Source: Parcubacteria group bacterium | GTDB lineage: Bacteria > Patescibacteriota > Minisyncoccia > Phycocordibacterales > Zambryskibacteraceae | Direction: 5' to 3' | Length of the DNA: 55,267 nucleotides | Assembly (NCBI GenBank): GCA_046597175.1 | Contig: JBKJKY010000003.1 | Span: forward strand, 1-55,267 | Shown: positions 8,914 to 16,125 of the stretch, one piece after another | Position numbering within the stretch: position 1 is the first letter of the stretch | Layout: every line of letters begins with the position of its first letter | Notes under the pieces: generated by a model | Told to the model about the DNA's origin: nothing | Seen by the model: only the letters and a program-made list of their open reading frames with translations | Database searches by the model: none | Position numbers and translations under genes: made by a program

Positions 8914-9459
8914 ATGAAGAAAACACTTTCATTCATCGCTGTAGCTGTGTTGCTGGTATTCGGAATGTACTTCCTGATTCATGGAAAGAAAACTGAGTAT
9001 GTAGCTCCGGAGCAAACCCCTTCAATGTTTCAGATTGAGGAGCCTTCTAAGCAATCAATGCCCGCAGGGGTAAAAGGCGAGTTTGGCGATGGAGAAACAC
9101 AAGCTATGCCGAGCCCAAAAGTAACACCGCCAAAAATTATTACTATCACCGGAAATTATTTTTATAGTGAAGATGTAAAGTCGGATTTTGTGGGAAAAAT
9201 TTGTTTTGAGCCAAGTACCGCAACTGCAGGAGTAGGGAAACGATTTTGTTTTGATAATGCTGATGAGGTCTTTGCTATTATTGGTATCACAAAAGGATTC
9301 AGTAATGGGAATACGCAGTGTACACAAACAGGCCCAGCCACAGTAACGGTAAAGAATTACACAAAGCTCACGGGGGATGCGGGCGGATATGACAGTGCAA
9401 CTTTGACCAAGTTTACCGATACCGGTAAGTCATCGTATCTTGCGTGTGGAAAGTATTAA
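8914..9459 (+). CDS. hypothetical membrane-anchored/secreted protein
   Basis: 181 aa. N-terminal hydrophobic anchor (FIAVAVLLVFGMYFLI) and a Cys-containing C-terminal domain. Confidence 0.5.
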   Translation: MKKTLSFIAVAVLLVFGMYFLIHGKKTEYVAPEQTPSMFQIEEPSKQSMPAGVKGEFGDGETQAMPSPKVTPPKIITITGNYFYSEDVKSDFVGKICFEPSTATAGVGKRFCFDNADEVFAIIGITKGFSNGNTQCTQTGPATVTVKNYTKLTGDAGGYDSATLTKFTDTGKSSYLACGKY

Positions 9460-9480
9460 AAGAGGTTATGTACATGGTTG

Positions 9481-9508
9481 TTGCGGGAATAGAAAACTAG
9501 AATATACT
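9481..9508 (+). promoter_or_regulatory. sigma70-like promoter
   Basis: TTGCGG, a 16-nt spacer, TATACT, then 8 nt to the ATG at 9517. Confidence 0.5.
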
Positions 9509-9516
9509 GTATCTAT

Positions 9517-10131
9517 ATGGCAATTGAATCACCGGTATTTGAAGTAAAGGCTGAAAGGGCAAAACGTGAGCCAACACCCCTCGAGGCTAAATCATTTCAT
9601 GAACTTACCGAAAAAGGTGCAGAGCGTGTAGAAATGGTAAAACAAGGTTTTGTAAACTTAAGAGATTCTGTCAAAGGTGGCATATCTCGCTTATGGTCAA
9701 AGGCAAAAGGGGTGGGAGAAACTCTTACGGAAGGAGCTTTCTCACTTCCCGAAGTTATTGCATCTACTCCAGAAATCGCTTCGCACCTCTTTGCAATGAG
9801 CAGACTAAAATTGCAGGATGGATACGAAAGTGTGGGTGATTTTGCAAATGGAAAAATGGCAGAAGCACGCTTTGGTATTGAAAAAACAAAGCTCGGTATC
9901 CTCGATGCTGCGAAAGATAAATACAATTCTATTGAAAATCGTGGTCTCGATGTACTTTCGAATTTTAATAATAGGGTAGCAGACATTAGTAATGGAGTCA
10001 GGGATAGGGTAGACACATATAGGGGTGATATCAATACCGAAAGAAGAGATCAGCAAATCGAAACCCTTAGAGACTTAATTGCAAAAGCGCAGGAGCTTGG
10101 ACTTAATGTGAATGTGCCTGGTATGGCTTAA
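9517..10131 (+). CDS. hypothetical protein (predicted helical)
   Basis: 204-aa ORF in an operon-like array. No recognisable motif. Confidence 0.45.
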   Translation: MAIESPVFEVKAERAKREPTPLEAKSFHELTEKGAERVEMVKQGFVNLRDSVKGGISRLWSKAKGVGETLTEGAFSLPEVIASTPEIASHLFAMSRLKLQDGYESVGDFANGKMAEARFGIEKTKLGILDAAKDKYNSIENRGLDVLSNFNNRVADISNGVRDRVDTYRGDINTERRDQQIETLRDLIAKAQELGLNVNVPGMA

Positions 10132-10135
10132 GAGT

Positions 10136-10456
10136 ATGCAACCTGATATTTCAAAATTTATACAATTCATCAAAGATTCAGACTTGTCTCCTGATGATAA
10201 GTCGTTGGTTGAGTCTCATCTTTCTGACCCAGCAACTTCTATCGAAGTAAAAGAAGCTTTTTTGGTAGATTTTTTCCATACACGAATCTTAGTATTACAA
10301 AAACAAGAAGAAGGCGATTTGAAAAAAATTATTGATGATGGCAATCTTGAAATTGCTAACGCGCAACAAGACACGAATCGTGAGCTCGAGCAATTACAAA
10401 ACGAAGCGCAGCAAGTAACTGCGGATACCGAAAAAGAATTAGAGGCCGTCGTATAA
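10136..10456 (+). CDS. hypothetical acidic coiled-coil-like protein
   Basis: ATG at 10136 lies just after the upstream stop (10129-10131); the track start at 10112 overlaps the previous gene. Confidence 0.45.
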   Translation: MQPDISKFIQFIKDSDLSPDDKSLVESHLSDPATSIEVKEAFLVDFFHTRILVLQKQEEGDLKKIIDDGNLEIANAQQDTNRELEQLQNEAQQVTADTEKELEAVV

Positions 10457-10465
10457 AAAGTAAGC

Positions 10466-10493
10466 AACCCCGGAACGAAGTTCCGGGGTTTGT
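10466..10493 (+). terminator. intrinsic terminator
   Basis: aaccccggaac-gaa-gttccggggtt followed by tgtgtg. Confidence 0.75.
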
Positions 10494-10535
10494 GTGTAAG
10501 GCGAGACGTCCGTCTGTTGTTTTTAGTAAAAAAAT

Positions 10536-10899
10536 CGGGTCCACGAAGCGAAGCTTCGTGGACCCGAAAGTCTGGTCTCTATTCCCTTGAACACTCAAGG
10601 TGTTCTCTTTGGTCACCCAGACCGAAGTTCACACTCAGGTGTAGTGTTGCGATCCTTGCTCAGGGGATCACTACGAAAGTGGTCAAACTCGCGGAGCCAG
10701 TGTCTGTGCTGGCTTTTGCGACACAGGATTCACGCAGTGCGTAAGGGGTCCCTGTCCACACAGGTTTCCTTATCACACCAAGCTTCACCAAGGAGAAAGA
10801 GACCATGAATACGTTCTGCTACTTATAGTGCGCCTGCTGAGAAGGGATGTCAATGGAGTATATTCTAGGCCGTGGATTACGTGTTTTCGGGCCTATTTT
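10536..10899 (+). ncRNA. candidate structured RNA, unclassified (weak RNase P-like motifs)
   Basis: No credible ORF. 14-bp hairpin at 10536-10566 followed by GAAAGTC. Long-range pairing of GGTCTCT (10574-80) with AGAGACC (10798-804). Several local hairpins, one with a GAAA tetraloop. Ends in a taggcc...ggccta-tttt hairpin at 10866-10899. Confidence 0.35.
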
Positions 10900-10939
10900 G
10901 AAGCCTAATCTGAGTATCTAAAAAAAGCCCATAAAACGC

Positions 10940-10967
10940 TTGACTCCTGCCTTCACATCTATATAAT
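10940..10967 (+). promoter_or_regulatory. rRNA promoter (consensus-like sigma70)
   Basis: TTGACT (10940-45), a 16-nt spacer, TATAAT (10962-67), about 295 nt upstream of the 16S 5' end. Confidence 0.7.
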
Positions 10968-11011
10968 ACAGGCCTGCTTCTAAGGTTTTCTTAGGAGCCG
11001 TTTTGAAAGAG

Positions 11012-11022
11012 TACTTTGACAA
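11012..11022 (+). promoter_or_regulatory. boxA-like antitermination element in the rRNA leader
   Basis: TACTTTGACAA compared with the E. coli boxA core GCTCTTTAACAA. Followed by a 9-bp leader hairpin at 11047-11075. Confidence 0.35.
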
Positions 11023-11261
11023 CTTGTTACATAAAAAATTTGAGAACGCCTAAGGTTTTAAAGACACCTTAGGCTAGCAAGTCTCAAGAATTCTAATAAT
11101 GTGATTCCTTTCCGCTACATGCACCTTCGGTGGTGAACGTACAAGCAATACGGTGTAGTTGGAAGAAGTGAGTTAGAAATCAAATTCTTAACCGGATCAA
11201 ACCGAAGTCTAATATTCTTTGTTTTGTTCCGTTCCAAATGAAATGTTCAAACACATCATTT

Positions 11262-12724
<1,463 letters not shown>

Positions 12725-12906
12725 GAAAAACCCTTCTTTAAATTTATTTAAAGATTGAGTGCGTCGATATTGTGAATCTCGATCGAGTTCGCAATGGATG
12801 ATGATTATGAATCCAAAAACTAATTTGACTCATGGAAAGACATGCGCAGGTAATGCTCGAAAGGGTAATACTGAAGGGAACGGAGCAAAATAAAGAATAG
12901 TAGATC

Positions 12907-12936
12907 AAAACCACCCCGCTCACGCGGGGTGGTTTT
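12907..12936 (+). terminator. intrinsic (bidirectional-type) terminator about 190 nt after the 16S
   Basis: caaaa-ccaccccgc-tcac-gcggggtgg-tttt. Confidence 0.75.
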
Positions 12937-12963
12937 GCGTATGTAGGGTGTGAATAGTCACTA

Positions 12964-12992
12964 TTGACATAGTAGTATACTGTATGATAATA
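12964..12992 (+). promoter_or_regulatory. sigma70-like promoter
   Basis: TTGACA (12964-69), a 16-17 nt spacer, then GATAAT/ATAATA (12986-92). Confidence 0.6.
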
Positions 12993-12997
12993 TATAC

Positions 12998-13439
12998 ACC
13001 GTAACACTCACGAATACTCGGAGGAGAGATGAAGCGTCATTTGCTTTTGTCGATCGCGGGGTTGAAGCGTGTGGTGTGTCTGCTCTTTGTATCAACGGGT
13101 ATCCTGGAGGTGAACGTCCGGTATGGTTCACACCGTGCGGGATTCCCAATTTCGCTCGAACCGAAGAAGGTAGAGCTGTGCTGGTTGATGCGCCCTGGCG
13201 ATGCAGTTTGCGCGCTGGTGCTCTCAGCCCAGCTCTACTTCATTCTTTCAATTGTCTTCGTAAACGCTGGTCACTCAAACGATTTCTTTGATTGGCCGGT
13301 CAAAATGATGGTGCAGTTGCAGGGCCAGCTTCGAGGTTGGCGGTAGGGTAGTTGAGCGGAGTTAGCGAAGTGAGTGGTATCAGCAGTTTGCTGGGCCAGA
13401 GCTGGGGTCGGACAGAACATGTCCGGCCCCTTTCTATTT
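12998..13439 (+). ncRNA. promoter-to-terminator unit of unknown nature: GC-enriched structured RNA, or an atypical 105-aa ORF (13029-13346)
   Basis: Bounded by the 12964 promoter and the 13404 terminator. GC content and third-codon-position G/C bias differ from neighbouring genes. Long-range stem TAGAGCTG (13171-78) with CAGCTCTA (13230-37), plus many local hairpins. Confidence 0.3.
13404..13439 (+). terminator. intrinsic terminator
   Basis: ggggtcggac-agaacat-gtccggcccc (10 bp) followed by tttctattt. Confidence 0.75.
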
Positions 13440-13450
13440 GAAATGTTTTT

Positions 13451-13459
13451 TGGTATATT
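13451..13459 (+). promoter_or_regulatory. extended -10 promoter (TGgTATATT) upstream of the tRNA region
   Basis: ttttTGgTATATTctc. No clear -35 element. Confidence 0.4.
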
Positions 13460-13545
13460 CTCAGACTAGTCGCTTGTGACTAGTGGCCAGAAACTAGTAG
13501 AACGCGCGTAACTGTTTTGGTAGGTATAAAGGTAGAAAAAGTAAT

Positions 13546-13569
13546 GCGCGTGTAGCTCAGCTGATAGAG
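13546..13569 (+). pseudogene. tRNA-Ile 5' fragment (acceptor strand plus D-arm only)
   Basis: gcgcgtgtagctcagctgatagag matches 13826-13849 of the intact tRNA at 23 of 24 positions. It continues into a non-tRNA hairpin (gaccggg-atgaga-cccggtc). Confidence 0.7.
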
Positions 13570-13592
13570 TGAGACCGGGATGAGACCCGGTC

Positions 13593-13653
13593 GCAAGGTC
13601 GGAATCTGTGGAGGCAGATGAGACTGGGTCGCAGAAAATTTCAACAGAAATTT
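13593..13653 (+). repeat. bipartite interspersed repeat, copy D (most diverged)
   Basis: gcaaggtcggaatctgtggaggcagatgagactgggtcgcag followed by hairpin AAATTTC-aaca-GAAATTT. Confidence 0.6.
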
Positions 13654-13683
13654 ATTTGTGACAGAGAGTGCTGGGATACTTGT

Positions 13684-13745
13684 GCAAGGCCGGACCGAGC
13701 GAAGGCGAGGGAGGTGGGGTCGCGACTTTTCTCAGCAGAGAAAAA
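13684..13745 (+). repeat. bipartite interspersed repeat, copy B
   Basis: gcaaggccggaccgagcgaaggcgagggaggtggggtcgcg followed by hairpin TTTTCTC-agca-GAGAAAA. Confidence 0.8.
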
Positions 13746-13782
13746 GTTGTGATAGCGACTGACTTCTTATAGGGGCGGTTCG

Positions 13783-13936
13783 TTTTTTAGATTCTTTTCG
13801 ATAATTTCATTGTAATTTGTTTAGTGCGCGTGTAGCTCAGCTGGTAGAGCAATCGACTGATACTCGGTAGGTCCCAGGTTCGAACCCTGGCACGCGCACT
13901 AAGCACGGTACAAATTATCGAAAAGAATCTAAAAGA
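13783..13936. repeat. 25-bp inverted repeat pair (13783-13807 and 13912-13936) enclosing tRNA-Ile
   Basis: agattcttttcgataattt and aaattatcgaaaagaatct are a perfect 19-bp pair, extended by T/A pairs. The acceptor stem is also extended by 5 bp (ttagt/actaa). Confidence 0.85.
13826..13898 (+). tRNA. tRNA-Ile (anticodon GAU)
   Basis: Manual cloverleaf: acceptor GCGCGTG/CACGCGC, D-arm GCTC-AGCTGGTA-GAGC, anticodon arm ATCGA-CTGATAC-TCGGT, T-arm CCAGG-TTCGAAC-CCTGG, discriminator A. No CCA is encoded. Confidence 0.9.
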
Positions 13937-14056
13937 TTTTGTTGAAGCTATATTTTCCCGTCTGTATCACGGATAAAACTTTGCTAAGTTTTTCCGCGAT
14001 TCTTACAGAATCTGTACACCTTTCACATTTTGATTACAAAACGTTCAAGGTCTTGC

Positions 14057-14118
14057 AAAAACTCAAGGTGTTCGTTTTTTCACCCACCTCGGCTCGTCAG
14101 CCTCCGGTCTTGCAGAGC
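14057..14118 (-). repeat. bipartite interspersed repeat, copy C (partial GC module)
   Basis: Hairpin AAAAAC...GTTTTT followed by cacccacctcggctcgtcagcctccggtcttgcagagc. It shares ccacctc...ctccggtcttgc with copy A. Confidence 0.6.
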
Positions 14119-14136
14119 TCCAGGTATTCGCTCTTC

Positions 14137-14164
14137 ACTCGGTAGGTCCCAGGTTCGAACCCTG
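14137..14164 (+). pseudogene. tRNA-Ile 3' fragment (anticodon 3' stem, variable loop, T-arm)
   Basis: actcggtaggtcccaggttcgaaccctg is 28 of 28 identical to 13862-13889. The acceptor 3' strand is not conserved. Followed by a long hairpin and a second T-arm-like cagggttcgaagcctg (14190-14205). Confidence 0.75.
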
Positions 14165-14352
14165 AACGTAAACCGTGGGACGGTCTACGTTCAGGGTTCG
14201 AAGCCTGTTTGACTATTTTTCTAAGCTTTAAAAAAGCGACAGAAAAATCCAAACAGGGTACTGATTCTGTAAGAATCGAACTGACCAGATAAAGCTCTCT
14301 CCCAGCCCTCCAATTTCTTGCTATACTATGGACACACTAATAATTATTATTT

Positions 14353-15033
14353 ATGAAAACAGATACATTCGTGGCGAAAGATGCTATTAAATTTGGTTGG
14401 CAGAAAACGAAAGAGCATTTCTGGTTCCTCTTGTTGGTTATGGCTGGGAGCACGGTTATTTCCGGTATTTTGAAATCCATGAGCCACGGAAATGGTGATA
14501 TGGGATTTGCTGGAGTCATTTCTTTTCTATTTCAAGTTGTGGTTTCAGTGGGAACGATAGCAATCGCACTCAAGATTGTTCGAGGAAAAGAATTTGGATT
14601 TTCTGATTTCCGAGTTTCGTTTGAAGTATTTTGGAAGTACATTGTTACTTCTATTCTTCTCGGACTTCTCGTGGGAGCAGGAATGATCCTTCTCATTATT
14701 CCAGGGATATATTTTGCCATTCGATACGGACTTGCTACATATCTTGTGGTCGATAAGCATCTCGGTCCACTTGAGGCCATGAAGCGAAGCGCTCTCATTA
14801 CCGGCGGTAACAAATGGAAACTTTTTGAGTTCCTTCTTATTGTTATTGGAGTAAATATTCTCGGTGCACTCGCTCTCTTAGTTGGACTTGTTGTTTCAAT
14901 TCCTACTACATTTATTGCCGGAGTGTGGGTCTATAACGAACTTCTCAAGAAATCTGAAATGGATGGTGGGGAGTCAGCTCCAGTCTCTGTTCCCGTAGAA
15001 CTTGCAACATCTCCTATCGCCACAGCGGTATAA
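14353..15033 (+). CDS. hypothetical polytopic membrane protein
   Basis: 226 aa with 5-6 TM segments. No family is recognisable by eye. Confidence 0.55.
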   Translation: MKTDTFVAKDAIKFGWQKTKEHFWFLLLVMAGSTVISGILKSMSHGNGDMGFAGVISFLFQVVVSVGTIAIALKIVRGKEFGFSDFRVSFEVFWKYIVTSILLGLLVGAGMILLIIPGIYFAIRYGLATYLVVDKHLGPLEAMKRSALITGGNKWKLFEFLLIVIGVNILGALALLVGLVVSIPTTFIAGVWVYNELLKKSEMDGGESAPVSVPVELATSPIATAV

Positions 15034-15039
15034 TTTACT

Positions 15040-15642
15040 GTGCTTCCAAACCACCTCGCACATCAAATACAGTATCTTGAGCAGTTTTCGTACTTTGGGA
15101 TTTTTATCGGAGTACTTCTCTCAGGCCATGTCATTCCTATTCCAGAGGATGTACTCCTTCTTATTGCAGGATATTTAGCTGCAGGGGGATTTGGAAAACT
15201 CCGTTACATGCTCCTTATTGGGGTGATTGCACCAATTGTAACGGATACTATCTTTTATTTTCTTGCGAGAACAGGAAGCCGATTTGCAACATCACTTGAG
15301 CATCGTATCCGTGGCAGTGTATTTGAGCGGTATGTTGTTCTCATGAAAGAGAAGACCTTTCTTGTCGTGTTTATATCACGGTTTCTCCCAGGATTTCGAT
15401 TTGCGAGCCCGCTTGTTGCTGGCTTCGCGAAAATTTCATGGCCACGCTTTGCGCTCTACAATGCGTTTGGGGCGCTTTTTTATGGGCCGCTCTTTATTAC
15501 CTTAGGCTTCGTTTTTCACAATAAAATTGCTCCATTTATTACGACTATTGAGGCGCTCAGGCACGTGTTGTTCGTGGTATTGCTTGTTGCTCTATCAGTT
15601 ACCGCAGGGTACGTCTTATCCCGGAAGTTTTTCCAAAAATAG
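15040..15642 (+). CDS. DedA/VTT-domain membrane protein
   Basis: 200 aa. FGIFIGVLLSGHVIPIPEDVLLLIAGYLAA and ISRFLPGFRF are typical of DedA. GTG start. Confidence 0.75.
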   Translation: MLPNHLAHQIQYLEQFSYFGIFIGVLLSGHVIPIPEDVLLLIAGYLAAGGFGKLRYMLLIGVIAPIVTDTIFYFLARTGSRFATSLEHRIRGSVFERYVVLMKEKTFLVVFISRFLPGFRFASPLVAGFAKISWPRFALYNAFGALFYGPLFITLGFVFHNKIAPFITTIEALRHVLFVVLLVALSVTAGYVLSRKFFQK

Positions 15643-15662
15643 TTTTCGGGGTATACTAGGAT

Positions 15663-15992
15663 ATGTCGAAAAATACCGCTATTTTAGGGATTGGAGTCAT
15701 CTTTCTCCTCATGCCATTTTTGGGCTTTCCAACCACATGGAAAAATTTTTTTGATGTGGTATTTGGAGTTAGCCTCATAGCGCTTTCATTTTCTGTTGCG
15801 ATAAAACGTCGCTCTTCAGTAAAGAAATCTGTTCGAAGAAAGAAAGAGGGAATGAACCCTATGTTCGTCGACGCAATGGCAGTCCGGAATACAGAATCAA
15901 GAAACATTGAAACCTCTGGAAGAAGGTCAACCGACGCAAATCACACTGGAAACTTAGAGAGTGTTTTGGATATGCGAAATACCTCACTGTAG
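15663..15992 (+). CDS. small membrane protein, hypothetical
   Basis: 109 aa with two N-terminal TM segments and a basic tail. TATACT lies 5 nt upstream of the ATG. Confidence 0.45.
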   Translation: MSKNTAILGIGVIFLLMPFLGFPTTWKNFFDVVFGVSLIALSFSVAIKRRSSVKKSVRRKKEGMNPMFVDAMAVRNTESRNIETSGRRSTDANHTGNLESVLDMRNTSL

Positions 15993-16017
15993 TTGCTTTA
16001 TTTGAATATAATAAAAA

Positions 16018-16052
16018 TTTGCTCACTTTCTATTGAGGTGAGTAAATTTTTT
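16018..16052 (+). terminator. intrinsic terminator
   Basis: tttgctcac ... gtgagtaaa (9 bp) followed by tttttt. Confidence 0.6.
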
Positions 16053-16125
16053 GCTATCCGAACTTTTATTGGGGCACTCTCATAAAAGAAGTATTTTTGT
16101 TGTATAATGAACTTTGAAATTCTTC

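Larger units (their letters stand above)
13997..14278. mobile_element. MITE-like non-autonomous element with 21-bp terminal inverted repeats
   Basis: cgattcttacagaatctgtac (13997-14017) matches the reverse complement of gtactgattctgtaagaatcg (14258-14278) at 20 of 21 positions. No ORF and no obvious target-site duplication. Confidence 0.4.

Noticed and set aside
10356-10808. Track ORFs 10356-10616 (-), 10490-10744 (+) and 10587-10808 (+)
   Set aside because: They overlap one another in different frames within a hairpin-dense non-coding region, with no start context and no protein-like composition. I treated the region as a candidate RNA instead.
10536-10899. Calling this region the RNase P RNA gene (rnpB)
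   Set aside because: Only three loose motif resemblances exist. The P4 strands are not complementary, the 5' end forms a local hairpin instead of P1, and too little sequence is available for the specificity domain. It is kept only as an unclassified RNA candidate pending a covariance-model search.
12807-12893. 28-aa ORF (MNPKTNLTHGKTCAGNARKGNTEGNGAK) between the 16S and its terminator
   Set aside because: It lies in the rRNA trailer, has no promoter of its own and resembles no known small protein. It is probably chance.
13020-13031. GGAGGAG Shine-Dalgarno-like motif upstream of the 13029 ATG, as evidence that the 105-aa ORF is real
   Set aside because: This genome's 16S tail lacks CCUCC, so the motif cannot act as an SD here. 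The ORF's codon bias is also atypical. The coding status is left open rather than accepted.
13546-14164. A split or intron-containing tRNA formed by the upstream 5' half and the downstream 3' half
   Set aside because: The downstream fragment's acceptor strand (AACGTAA) cannot pair with GCGCGTG, and an intact tRNA-Ile lies between the two fragments. The fragments are more likely decayed duplicates.
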